NCBI RefSeq assembly: GCF_000315625.1
Contig: NW_005434542.1
Span: 12,495 to 76,494 of the forward strand
Direction: 5' to 3'
Origin: Guillardia theta CCMP2712
Lineage: Eukaryota > Protista > Cryptophyta
Length of the DNA stretch: 64,000 nucleotides
Below, piece by piece: positions 37,793 to 50,043 of the stretch. Within the stretch, counting starts at the first letter, position 1. Every line of letters begins with the position of its first letter. Under the pieces are notes generated by a model. It made no database searches. It had not been told where the DNA came from and saw nothing but the letters and a program-made list of their open reading frames with translations. Both the position numbers and the translations under genes were made by a program.

Positions 37793-38296
37793 TTATGTAG
37801 ACCAACACAGCTTGTTTGCACGAAGAAAGTATTTTTGCGCATGGGATCGGACCTGCACAGCCGTGCGAGTTCCAATATAGCTAGCAATCTTTGCAGCAAC
37901 ACCCACACCCAATCCAACACAGACCTGTCCAGTATTGCAATTTATGCGCCCAATACTGTCATAAGATGGGAGGAAGATATCCAACGCCTTGACAAACTTC
38001 AAATGCTCTTCTGCGGTCCATTTGGTGCATTTCTTTTTAAGCGTTTCCACTGCAATCTGTTCTACTTCATCCTGCTTGTTTTCAGACCGGGGTAAGCAAG
38101 GTTGCTTCTTATCCGGGGAGAAATCGTGCTCTTCGAATCTCGTCTCGTCATGACTCAAGGCATTTGATTCATGTTGTTCAAAAGAAGAAATCCAAAGATG
38201 AATCTCTTGTTCCGAAAATCCTTGATCGGTCAATATCTGCACGGCCTGATCGACAGATTCGCCTTCTTGAGGTTCAGCGCTGAATAGTGTGCTCAT
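37793..38296 (-). CDS. SHAQKYF-class MYB transcription factor 5 (intronless)
   Basis: WTAEEHLKFVKALDIF...IGTRTAVQVRSHAQKYFLR; first ATG at 38296. Confidence 0.9.
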   Translation of the reverse strand: MSTLFSAEPQEGESVDQAVQILTDQGFSEQEIHLWISSFEQHESNALSHDETRFEEHDFSPDKKQPCLPRSENKQDEVEQIAVETLKKKCTKWTAEEHLKFVKALDIFLPSYDSIGRINCNTGQVCVGLGVGVAAKIASYIGTRTAVQVRSHAQKYFLRANKLCWST

Positions 38297-38439
38297 GGTA
38301 AGGTGCCCGTCCCTTGAAGTCTGTCTTCGAAGCACACACGTAACAGACAAGAAAGCAATGTGAGGTAGTTTGAAGTTGTTGGGAGGGAGGATGGAGTTGT
38401 TGGGAGGGAGGACTCGGACAAAGGCTGAGGTCGATATTT

Positions 38440-39275
38440 ATCTTTGCTCGGAGCCGGGGAATTCGGAACGGGGGCGTGCGCGGGGGATTTTGCGGAAAGA
38501 TATCGGCGACTAACTGTCGGACTATTCCGTTGTAGTTTATAGGGCTCCGAAACGCTCCGATTTCAGTTTACAACATGTCGACAAGGTGCCGTGATTTTCG
38601 GAATTGTTTGAAACTCTTTTAAGAGTGGGCCGGAGTAGAACCTCAGTAGACAGCCCGTCGCCCCGGCCGGGCCCGGCCGGGCCCTCAGCGGCCCCTTTTA
38701 CAGGGGCTGCCCGCCCATCACTTTTGTACCAGAATTCAATGTCGGTCCTCAGTTCAAGTAGGTTTGTACCTGGTATTTGTACCATTACTTTCATTTGGTA
38801 CAGTTACTCCTAGAAATGTCTATAAAGATTAGTATCAGTTATCTGGCCTGTCAGTAGATTGGTACTAGGACTGAGCGGTGGAATTTGACCCCTTTGCAAT
38901 CATACAGCAGATTGAGGTTCCTTGCCCTCCGGAACCAAAAATGGTACCAAGTCTGAATAATTTATTTGAAAATTTCAAATTTTGGACATGCAACTAGACT
39001 ACAGTTCAATTTCAGTTTATTTTTTGTTCCTTAGATTATTACTACAATTGGAGTCCCGGAAAATCTGAAGCCGAGTCGAACCCCACCCTACCCTAGTCAT
39101 GTTACACCACCCACCCCACCCTCCATAACCCTTCCGTCCAACAGGTACGTGAGCGCTCGGGTTCTATATTCGGCCTTTTTGCCTAGATCAGCCCTTCATG
39201 ACCTGAGGGGTTGAACGGCAGTCAGGGGTAGGGTACATAGGGTGATGGGGGTGGTGATGGTCATGGTGGGGCACG
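38440..39275. promoter_or_regulatory. Composite module E: GC island (38440-38720), AT-rich spacer, CCCTACCC/GGGTAGGG tract (39075-39275)
   Basis: ccccggccgggcccggccgggccc palindrome at ~38661; ccccaccctaccctag at 39081; ggggtagggtac at ~39225. Confidence 0.5.
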
Positions 39276-39460
39276 TAAAATGAAGTATTTCGGTAGCTCT
39301 GTAGTAAAGTACGAAAAGCCTTCAAGAAGTAACTGTTGGCAATGATGACAGGGTCAGCAATTCGCATTACAACTACTCTCCCTCTTCACCCGCCTCCACC
39401 ACAATCATCTCGTCCTCTACCTCCTTGTCCTGCTCCCCTCCGATTCTTGTGCCAACATCC

Positions 39461-39550
39461 TCCTCCTGTACCTCCTGTACCTCCTGTACCTCCTGTACCT
39501 CCTGTACCTCCTGTACCTCCTGTACCTCCTGTACCTCCTGTACCTCCTCC
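39461..39550. repeat. (CCTCCTGTA)n 9-mer tandem repeat
   Basis: ~9 perfect units. Confidence 0.9.
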
Positions 39551-39604
39551 TCCTGTGCCTCTCGAAACCTGACTCCACCTTTTCTCGATTCTCCCTCGGC
39601 CCAG

Positions 39605-40292
39605 AAAAAGCGTACTCTTGAAAGTTTCTCTGCGATTCTTGTCAATCTTGAAATGTGGCTCTTAGCGTTGTTCATCTTCACGGTTCTATCCTGGCCCATC
39701 AAGAGCTCTGCGCTCATGAAACGTGTCTTGCAGAAGCTCCTCAAGCGAAGGAGTAAGAAATCTCCGGCGCTCAAGGAAACGAAATCCAACTCCTCAGAGG
39801 AACGCTTTGTCGCCAAGCTGGTTCAGGCAGAAGAGGAGAGAGCCAAGAGGAACCAGAAATTTGTAGAGCAGACTCAAACCAGCGGAGTCGTCATCGTTCA
39901 CCAGACCAAACGTCTTCTCCCCCGTGTTGAAGGCGCAACCTCTCCTCCTCCTGAGGATCCAGCGCATCATGAGATGAGCAGAGCGCGTCCGGCGCATCCC
40001 CGAGTGTTGAGCAGCAGCGGGAGCAGATATTATGCTAACGTGAGTCTTTGATGCATCCCTCCTGCACTTGCTGACTTGCTGCGCAGTTGTTGTCCAGAAA
40101 GCACACCTGCATGCCCGGCCTCGCCTCCCCGATCCGCCAGAGCTCCTTGAGAACGACCTCGGAGAATCCGATGCGAAGGGCACCCTCCAGCGAGTCGCTT
40201 TCCGCTCCCTCAGCACCCCCGCAGAGAATCAGGAAGTCTCGCTCATTCGAGTCCCTCGTGAGATAATCCGGGTGGGAGGAGGAGCGAGGTAG
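39605..40292 (+). CDS. Hypothetical TM + basic tail protein, possibly 5'-truncated
   Basis: Hydrophobic MWLLALFIFTVLSWPI followed by a basic/charged tail; GT-AG intron ~40039-40086; stop 40292. Confidence 0.45.
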
Positions 40293-40407
40293 GATGTGTA
40301 GATATGTAATCATGTGCAAGAATACAAGTTAAGCTTTCTCGTATCTCCCTCCTGTCCGCTGCCTTTCATGCTTGTTGATTGCCGATATGACAGCTCTACT
40401 CGCTCTC

Positions 40408-43400
40408 CTAGTCATCAGGAGCGAGGTTAAGGACTTTGTCCGTGTTCCTGCCAGTACAGATCAGCGCACATGGAGCTGCAGCAGCAGCAAAAGCGTTACC
40501 ATGCCAAGAACACTTGCTTCTCCTCATGGTAGACGAAGCACATCTTATCGTTGATGAGATCAGCTCCTGCTGCTCGCTGCAAGCAAGCATGTCCTCTGAT
40601 GCACATCCACACCTCGATCGGATATTGCATCATCATCCCCAGCCCTCCCGTCTGTGCAGTGCCGTTGTTCACCAGCGCCGTAAGCTCCATCCACCCCCTG
40701 CTATCGATGCACTCGGCGTACTGGAGGAACTCGGAAGCTGCCCAGGGCTGTGGGATGTTCCAGCTGACGGCAGCGAGGGAGGCGTTGAAGGAGCAGAGGA
40801 GGGAGCCGTTGCGGTAGCTGGCGGCGAAGCCCTCGGAGCAGCTCTCGCAGGCGACCCCCTCGTACCCCAGGAAGCAATCGCAGGCTCCGCTGCCGCTCAG
40901 GCACTTCCCCCTGCTGTTGCAGACGCGGTCGAGAGAGGCGATGGGGCAGCTGAGAGAGGTTGTCTGACAGTCGGCGATGCAACAGCCTTCGTTCAGCCCG
41001 CAAACTTCTCCGACCTCGCACACGCCGTTGCCGCACACTCCGCTCCGCTCAACGGTAGCTGAGGAAGACAGGATCAGCGAGCTGTCGGCCAGAAGCTGTC
41101 GTGCTAGGAGAGCTGAGAAGGGGTACGACCCGTTCATGACCCCCACGCTCAGTGAAACTGTCACGTCCACGGCATCCGAGAGAAGGCGACGAGCAGCGGG
41201 GGAGGAGGAGGCGACGACCTGCAAGACCTGGAAGGAGGAGGAGTTGATGAGGAGGGAGGAGGAGAGACTCGACGTGATGTTCTGCACCAGCGCCCCGAGC
41301 TTGGCGAACTCCAGCACGTCCGAGCTCGAGGTCACTGGCACGCTGAAGGAAAGGAGGGCCCCGCAGCTGCTCCCGTCCCCATCGCAGACCCCGCACTCGT
41401 CTACCGCTCCTCTCTCGCAGCAGTAGCCCGACGAGTCCAGCTGCGAGGAGGAGCAGCAGATCCCCGACAGGTCCACCAACGTGCTCGTCCCGTTGCACAC
41501 GCCGCAGGCGTCCACCCACCCCTCACAGCATCGGCCGTCTGCCCCGAGCTCCTTCTCACAGCACTTCCCCTCCGCATCCACCACCCCCTCGCAGCACTTG
41601 CCATCGTGGTCATAGAGACCGGTGCTGCATGCCCTCTGGTCGGCGCTGCACTTTGCCCCAGTCCATCCCTCCTGGCACTCGCATTTGAGGTCGACGCTGC
41701 AAGTGCCGTGACCGCTACAGTCTACCTCCTCGCACTGCCGCCCGCACGCCGGGACCTCACAGTAGCCGGACGTCCGGGGCTTCGGCAAGCTCGCGCAGAG
41801 CTCGTCAGACACAACACTTCCTTCCGTCACTGAGTAGCACGACGCTGCTCGCGTCTTCGTCTCCAGCCCGCACCCTCCCGAGCATGTGCTCCACTCGCCG
41901 ACGAACCAGGCGAAGCGAGCGCAGTCGACCTTGTTGCACGTCTGAAGCACCGCAGGTTTCGCCCGGAGCGACAGGCAGGCCGCATCCTCCACCTCCTCCT
42001 TCGTCGCCACCCTCACGCACCTCACCGTCCGGTTCTGGTACCCTCCTCCGCACGTGGCATTGCACTGCTGCCAGGCGTCGACACTCCAGCTGAAGTTTGC
42101 GGGGGCATCGCAGGAGAATCCTTGGCAGCTTGCCTGATCCGCCGGCCTCTCATCGAGCTGGCAGAGCGACCCAAGAACAGGCAGGCCCGAGCTGGACATG
42201 CATGTCACCTGTCTCGTCATGCTGCCGGGCCCGCACGTGCTGCTGCAGGAGGACCAGGCGGTCGCTCGCCACTGGTACGACTGGCATGCGATCATGCCGC
42301 AAGTCTGCCATCCTGCTGGCCTCGTGCTGGGGTCGCAGCTGCTGTCCTCCTGCACGACGCCGTTGCGGTCGACGCACTCGACGCTCCTGGTCTGGCTCCC
42401 TCCCCCGCACGTCGCCGAGCACGCGCCCCAGGCTCCAGGCCGCCAGCCAAAGGAGCCGCAGGGCACGTCGAAGCAAGCCTGCGAGGACGGGAGCGAAGGG
42501 AGCTGCAGGGCGAGGCAGTGAGCATGCGGGAGAAGCTCGGCAGGCCTGCGGACGGGGGCCATGAAGTCACGGTTGATCTTAGTGCAGTCCTGCACAGGCT
42601 TGAAGTTGCTCCGGTAGTTCACCGTCCCCGTGCGGTACTGGCGGCAGTTGTTCTCGTCCAAGAAGCAGGGGCTCAGCCTACCCCCCCCATCCACGAAGAG
42701 GGAGAGGTCCCACTGGCTGCACTTCTGTTGCCTCCCGTCCTTGCTCAGGGGGTGCTGACTGCAGTTCACTGCCATGGTGCAGAAACGCGGGTCCGGGTAT
42801 TTCTCCATGGAGACCGTCGGCTGCTCCCAGCGTTCGTCCCTCATGCAGGACACAGTCCGGGTGCGGTAGCCCAGCCCACATGAGGAGGAGCAGGAGGACC
42901 AGGAGGAGGCGAGCAGGGCGTAGTGGGGGCGGATGGTGAAGGGCTCGCTGTAGTTGGTTCCGGCAGCTCCTGAGATGGTGAGGAAGTACTTGTCCGACTC
43001 CCCAGGCACCCTCGGCACGAGAACCTCCAGCATGCCCGTGTTGGGGGTCGCGAGCGCGAGCAGGGCGACGCGCTGCTCCTTGCCGCCGCAGTCTGTCAAG
43101 TGCCACAGCGACACCTGCACAAACTGTCTCGCTCCGGCCCCAGCAGCGTCCCACCTGACCATCCTCCTCTCTCCCTCCCCCCACACGTCCCCTGCCCGGG
43201 GGGAGGTAACAGCTGGAGGACCGTAGAAGCCCTGCTGAAGTAGGAGGACGGAGGGGCGGGAGGGGAGGCTCAGGTTGACGCAAGTCTGCTGCATCCTCGT
43301 CCTCTCACTGAGGAAGGGCAGCAGCGCCCGGTACTTGTGCGCCTCCTCCCGCGGCTGCCCCGTGTACTCCAGCGCCCCCCAACTGCCATACTGCGTCGGG

Positions 43401-46400
43401 TTCCCGACGCTGGAGAAGTGCATCCAGGGGGAGCGGGGGGAGAGGAGGCCGGAGGCGTTGAGGCGAGAGAGGAGGGAGCGGTAGATGTCGCCCATGCGCG
43501 GGGAGCGATGGGCCTCTATGAACTTCCTGGTGAGGGAGGCGGTGAAGGAGCCGGAGGAGATGGCGCTCGCTTCCACCAGTCCCGGTCCAGCCTCGTAGAA
43601 CCCGACAGGGATGTTGTACTGGTCGGCGATGTTCTTGTGCTCCTGGTAGGACGCGATGACGTCATCAACACTCTTCTCGCACTCGTCCAAGATCGCCGCG
43701 ACCGTCATCGTCAGCGCCTGCGTCTTCCTGTCCGAGCCCAGCCCCCGGCAGTCCAGGTAGCCAGTGGTGGCCAGCAAGTCCGTCGCCCTCCACGTCTCGT
43801 TGAACTGCAGCATCGTCGTGGTCGTCCTCGGGCTGATCGCCCACGTGCTCAGCACACGGACCACGCGCGACGGCTCCTCCTTGAACTCTTCCCTCCACAT
43901 GTCCCAGATCTGCCTGCTCCTCAGCGCGTTGTACCTCCACCTGGCCTCGTTCTTGTCCGAGCTCAGCCCCAGCTCTAGCCCTCTCTGCTCGCAGTAGGCT
44001 CCTGACTTGTGGCCGCTCGTCCAGACCTCGTTGCTGTGCTCCACGTAGACTTTCACGTCCTTCCTTAGCGTCTCCCGCACCAGCCTCGCCATCTGCCGCA
44101 CGTAGTCGTCGCTGGCAGTGTGGGGGATGCAGAACCAGGGGGAGGAGCGGAGGATGTTGGAAACGCTGATCATGTGCTCCAGCGCCATCCCAGCGTCCTT
44201 GAGCTTGTTCACGTTGGCCTGCGACGCGAAGTCCGTCCTTGTCCTGTCCTTCCACTCCTGCACAGTTGCGTCGTTGGTCCCCTGCCAGTCCATGAAGCGC
44301 AGGATGCCGAAGGGAGCGATGTCTCTGAGGAACCAGGGATGGAACTCAGAATGCGAGCCCAGCGACGCGAGCCCAGGAGCGAGGATGCGGATGTTTCTGA
44401 TGGGGTCACGAGGGTCGCTCTCCTCGATCTTCAGGTACATCCCGTTGTCCCCGCAGTACGCCTGGAACGACTCTGCGCAGGTCCAGTCGACGGAGGGGCG
44501 GAAGACTACCTCCATCCTGTTCTTGGACCTCGTGACCACCTTGGAGTCGAACCCGAAGGTCATCGACCCCTTCCCCTCGTACTCCACGGTGAAGGTGCCC
44601 GTAGGCGCATGCTGCAGTACGTTCCTCATCAGCAGCTTTCCCAGCGCCTGCCTTGGCCCTAGCCGCACGGGCCATCCCTTGCCGTCCACGTAGATCGGCT
44701 CTCCCGTATCCCACGCTCCAGGGCCCATGTCATCCGCTCTGTGCGCGAACCACTCGCTGCTCTGCTTCATCGCGTCGGTGAATATCCACTGGGTACTCCA
44801 GTATGCAGCTCCTCCAAGGTTCAGACCGACTCCCGTCCTCCCATCGCTCTCGTTCTTCAGGACCTCGCATGCCCTGCCCTCCGCCCCCACCCAGCACAGG
44901 CAGCTGCCGTGGTGGCACGTCCCGTGCTGGCATGCCGGCAAGCAGCCGCACTCGCCGGGCCCGATGCACTCGACGCCGTCGGGGCAGTCACAGTCCCACT
45001 CGCAACCCCCAGCTCCCGCCCGCCAGCCCTTGTCGCAGATGCACGAGGACTGGTCAGCGCTGCACCTGCCGTGACCGTTGCAGGAGCAGTCAAACTCGCA
45101 GTGGTCGCCGGCGTATCCCGGGTAGCAGCTGCAGACATCAAGATCGATTGCCTCCCCGTTGCCGTTGCATGTGTCGTTGAAGAGACTGCAGGTCACCCCG
45201 AAGAACCCATCCTCGCAGTGACACCCGAAGTAGCGCGTTATCTCGTCCTCCGTCCTCAAGAGATCGCAGCTCCCCTGGTCGAACGTGCACTTGTACCCGC
45301 AGTCCACCACGTCCATGTACCGGATGACGCTACAGTCGCTCCCCTCATACCCGTAGTAGCAGGCGCAGGCACCTGACGACAGACACTCTCCGTGAGAGGA
45401 GCAGTTGTTGGGACAGCCGCCGTACGGCCTGATGATGCAGTTGAACTCGTCCTCCATGTGCTGCAGGAGCGCCTGGTACTTGTACGCGAACGCCCTGTTC
45501 TGGTCCGTGGCCTCCAGCAGACCCCAGCTGCCGTACTTGCTGGGCCTTCCAGCAGAGCTGAAGTGCATCTTGATCCCGCGCATACCGATGTTGAGCATGT
45601 CCTTGTAGTACATCTGGTACATCAGCCCCATCCTCTCGTCCCTGTTCGCCAGGATCCCGAGGTCCTTGGCTGATCCGTCGCCCACCAGACTCTGACCTGA
45701 CTCGTACAGCACCAGCGTCTTGTTGTAGCGTGACGCGATGCGGCCATGCTCGACGAGCAAGGCCCTGCCCTCGGCGATGGACTTGGGGATGGTCTCTCGG
45801 AAGAGGATGTCAAGGGTGAGGGAGGCGTTCTTGGGGTCGTAACCACCGAAGTAGGGAGCGATCCCGACGACGTCGATGTCCTTGTAAGCGTCTTGGCACG
45901 AGAGCAGCTTGTCAGTCACGATCGTCCAGACGGCCTGAGTGGAGGCGACAACAATGACACGATCGGCTTCCGCTCCGAACACTTGCTTCCAGATCCTGGC
46001 GATCTGCGCTGTCCTGTAGCCGATGTAGCAGAAGCGTGCCTCGTTCGCATCTCCTCCGTACCATCCTCCCTGCTGCAACCCGAGCTGCAGTCCCATGAGC
46101 TGGGCGTACTTCCCTCCTTCGAACCCCGTGTGCCATGCCTCGTTGGTCCACTCCAGGTACACCTGAGCCGCGTGAGAGGGAGTGCGAGGAGAGGCTCTTC
46201 CTTACCTTGACGTCCTTGCGGAGGGTCGACAGCACCAGCCCCGCCATCTCCCGCACGAACTCGTCGTCGGCATTGTACGGGACGGTGAACCAGGGGTCAG
46301 CCCCGATCTCATTGGCCAGCCGCACCATGAGCTCGATCGGAACTCCGTCCCTCCAGATCTTGACCGTCGAGTTCCCCGTCGTCCCGTCCGGTTCCATGTT

Positions 46401-49266
46401 GTACTGAATGTCGCCAGCGTACGTTCGGTCGTTCACTTTCGTCCTGTGCGCCCAGCTGCCCGACTGCTGCACGTTTGCTCTCGACCAATCCATGAAGCGG
46501 AGGGCCCGGTAGTGCTCGATGCTCTGGAGGTACCAGGGGTGGAAGGGGAAGCTCTTGGCCCTGTGCTCGAATCCGGGCATGATGACGCGGATGTTGCGGA
46601 TGGGGTCGGCCGGGTTCGTTCGCTCGATGACGAGGAAGAAGCCGTTGTTGAAGACGGTAGACGGCTGAACCTCTACTTCCATCCTCCCGACTCCTCTCCT
46701 CACGCTCTTGATGTCCGACATGATCGGCGACAGGATCCCGTCGCCGTCGTAGGTCACCACGTACACCCCAGCAGGGGCATGCCCGTACAAGTCACGGATC
46801 ATCATCGTGCCGACCCTCTGGTTGGGCTTCAGGCGAGTGGGGTAGTCGTTGTCTCCCAGCTGCAGCAGAGTCAGGGCCCAGCAGCAGCTCAGCAGGGAGC
46901 CAGCTCAGACATCACTCACCTCGATCGGGATGCCGGTGGCCCACGTGAAGGAGGTGAAGTCCTGCGGGATCCAGTCCCTGCTGGCCTTGAACACGTCGAC
47001 GAACGTCCACTCGGTTGACCAGTCGCTGATCCCTCCCACGTTCATGCCGATGTCATGCTCGCACTGGTTCGGACGCGGAACTACCTCCGTGCAGCTCGCG
47101 CCAGCAAATCCCCTCCAGCACTCGCACGCCCCCTGCCAGCAAGTGCCGTGCACGCAGGCCGGGGAGCAGGGGACTTCTGCCTCCTGGTGGAGGTCAGCTG
47201 ACGTGAAGGGCTCGATGAGAGGGACGCCGTTGATGTAGTTCTTGACTGCCCGCAGCTTGGGGGAGTCAGACAAACTCTCCATGAGGCCGTTGTTAGCGCA
47301 GTCCTTCCCTCCCGTCGGGCAGATCCCCGCGGGCTTGTAGAGCTCGGAGGTCACGAAGACGCCTCCTCCTATCCTCCGCCAGCGCTCGATGAAGTCCATG
47401 TAGATCCCCGTCATCCGAGGGTGCCGACTGGCATTGATCAGCTTCTGCTCCAGCTGAAGCTCGAGAGCAGCGTTCGCCGTCGCTGTCACCAGCGTGGTGG
47501 AGGCAGTGAGCGGCCCGTCCAGCACGCCATAGCCGTAGGTAGTCTCGCAAGGAAACACGTCGCGCGATATGCACATCTGGATGTTGTACACAGCAGCTCT
47601 GTGGCCGAAGGACCTTGCGTTGACCCACGAGCCGCCTCTGTACGCGAGGACCGGAACGTCCGGCCTCCCGGTCTTGATCAGGTAAATGGCGCGAAACCTC
47701 TGAATCAGCGTGTTGAGTTTCTGCTCGGAGTGCATGGAGTTTTCCCTCATCAGGTCAAGAATCTCGTTCACTGTGATGTTGGGATGCTTCAGGGGGAAGT
47801 CGAAGTCTTGGAACCATTCCCCCGTCGGGTCGTTGACAACGTCGGTCGTCTCCATCCCAAACTTCGCGCTGACTCCGAACGCGTCCACGAACTGAAGGTC
47901 AGAGCCGAAGTGGTCGGTGATCTCGGACACGAATTTGGTCGTGCTCACGACCCGCACCAGTCGAGGGACTGACATGTTGGACGCCCGCAGGTCATTGAAA
48001 GTCTTCGTCCATGCTCGGAACACGGCAAGTGACTTGGTTTTGTCCCAGTTGGCGTATCCTGTCCCCGAGCTCCACTCCACGTACACCTGGAGCGAGGGAT
48101 CGAGAGTCGTCCCCACCAGAGTGGCGAACTTGGAGTTGTAGTCGTCAAACACATCTGTGCTGCTGACTGACTCGGGAGAAGGAGGAGGCATGCAGAACCA
48201 GGGAGAGGCATGAAGGGTGTTTGCAAGCTCGACCATGAGCTCGATCGCAACCCCTGGATCCACGACTGTCTTGTCCGCCGCCCCTGTCAGGACGTCGTCA
48301 CGAGCCTTCCGCCATTGCTGGTGCCCCTGAGGCCCCTCGGGCAGAGCTCGGTGCTTCCAGAGCCGAGGAGCGTTGTTGGCCGGCCCGTCGTCACCGGGCC
48401 TGACAGTCTCCTGCCAGAACCCGAACCGGATAACCTGTAGTCCCCGCAGAGCTTCCAAGAACACGCTGGTGAAAGTGCTGGTGGAGAGGAAGTCCGGGCC
48501 ATCCAGAGGGAGGATGCGGATGTTGCGAACCGGGTTTGTCTCGTTGGTGCGGACGATGCGGACCTCAACCCCGATCGCGGGGCTGACTGAGATGTAAATG
48601 TCTCGAGCATCGGAGTACTTGTCGTTGGGGACCCTCGGTATCACAGAAGCGTCTCCTCCGAACTGTATCTCCCCCTCGCCATCATACAGCACCACGTAGT
48701 TCCCAGCAGGGGTGTGGTTCCCGTATCGCCCGATGAAGGCTACGGCCTGGTCGAACTCCCCGGCATTCTTGTAGTACAACTTGGAAGGATAGGTCGGGCA
48801 GGTGGCTCCCCCGTCGATTCCTCCTTCCCCGCAAGCAGTTGTGTACGGCGGGGTCGAAGGAGTGTTGAAGCGATAAGTGATCATGTTACACACCAACTTC
48901 TTCGAGCCGTCAAGCCTGCAGGAGCTGTAGTACCTGTAGACCCACGGCATCAGGCGTGAAGGGGAGAGGACTGGAAGGGGAGGACAGGAGGGGAGGGGAG
49001 CTAGAGGAGGGCAGAGCAGAGCAGAGCAGAGCAGAGCAGAGCAGAGCAGAGCAGAGCAGATTTCTTTCATACCAGGGCGAGACGTGCATGAAGAGATCTC
49101 GAAATACTCCAACGTCCACGGTGGAGAAATCAGGCCAGCCAGATGCCGACAAGGCAAAGCTGGGCTCGATGGGAGGAAGGTTTGCTCCGAGGGGACCCGG
49201 CTGAGCTGATATGCATGGAAATACGACGAGGAAAAGGAATAACATGCATTGTTTCGGCATTGTCAT
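40408..49266 (-). CDS. Giant secreted protein (~2,800 aa): three clan GH-A glycoside hydrolase-like modules, EGF repeats, Ig-like domain, ~5 TSP1 repeats, DxCGVC repeats
   Basis: Signal MTMPKQCMLFLFLVVFPCISA. Modules 2 and 3 have GxNxGG..WSTxW.F.D..K, NxxDP/DPIRNIR, LRFMDW, PWFxxP, VYxExxNExW, YExG and YGSWGxLE; module 1 is a diverged copy (NPVRNIR, IRFGFWQ, PWFCMP). EGF C..HG.C; TSP1 W..CS.TCG.G.QTR.V.C; RRLL motif. About four short introns. Confidence 0.85.
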
Positions 49267-49599
49267 CAGATTTCTTGAAAGGATTTCACTTGAATGCTCA
49301 GATGGCATCAGTTAACACAAAAAAAGGATGAAGAAAGAACCCAAGGGGGTACGAGAAGGAAACAACAAGGAGTTATGTGTTATGGTATCATATCATACTC
49401 CACTCTCCGCGCCTGATCGTTCCATCTCCTGCCTCTCCTCTCTCCTCATCTTCTACCATACTCCTTGTTCCTTGTCCGCCTGTCGTCTCCCTAGCCCACT
49501 GGATACGTAAAATAAAAAAACTCATTCCCCCTCTTTGACCACCCCCTTGTTCCCAGAAAACCACCCCCTCCCTACACATCGACAGTATATCTCAAGCAT

Positions 49600-49842
49600 T
49601 ACCCCTACCCCCTTTAGACTGGTTGGTCTCGACCCATTTTGCTACCCCTACCCCCTTTAGACTAGTTGGTCTTGACCCCCTTTGAGACTGGTTGGTCCTG
49701 ACCCCCTTTGATAACCCTTACTCTTACCCCGTTGAGGACGGTTGGTCCCAACACCTACCCCCTTGAGACGTGCTGGTCTTAACCCCTACCCCCTTGAGAC
49801 TGGTTGGTCTCAACCCCTACCCCCTTTAGACTGGTTGGTCGT
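49600..49842. repeat. ~31-bp degenerate tandem repeat (cccctacccccTTGAGACtggttgGTCTCAA) x7, each unit with a hairpin
   Basis: agactggttggtc-like cores near 49617, 49659, 49686, 49735, 49766, 49797 and 49828. Confidence 0.75.
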
Positions 49843-49896
49843 GGAAAGTAAAAAATCGGTCAGCCTGGCTGATCTTGAGGTGACCAATTTTTACTA

Positions 49897-49989
49897 AACT
49901 TCAAACTTCAAACTTCAAACTTCAAACTTCAAACTTCAAACTTCAAAAATTCAAACTTCAAACTTCAAACTTCAAACTTCAAACTTCAA
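49897..49989. repeat. (AAACTTC)n heptamer tandem array
   Basis: ~13 units with one variant, plus further units at 50026-50050. Confidence 0.95.
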
Positions 49990-50043
49990 CCCTAGGCAGC
50001 AGCAGAGGCAGTAGTACAAGAGTACAAACTTCAAACTTCCTTG

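Noticed and set aside
32845-38510. Evening-element-like GATATTT motifs upstream of the MYB genes (autoregulation)
   Set aside because: Imperfect short matches are expected by chance.
40436-49204. Long plus-strand ORFs antisense to the giant GH gene
   Set aside because: Expected shadows of high-GC3 coding sequence; no domains.
49600-49842. CRISPR-like array of hairpin repeats
   Set aside because: Inter-repeat segments are short and mutually similar (cccctacccc), not unique spacers; no cas genes; eukaryotic context.
49897-49989. Interstitial telomere repeat
   Set aside because: AAACTTC lacks the CCC/GGG run of TTTAGGG/TTAGGG-type telomeres.
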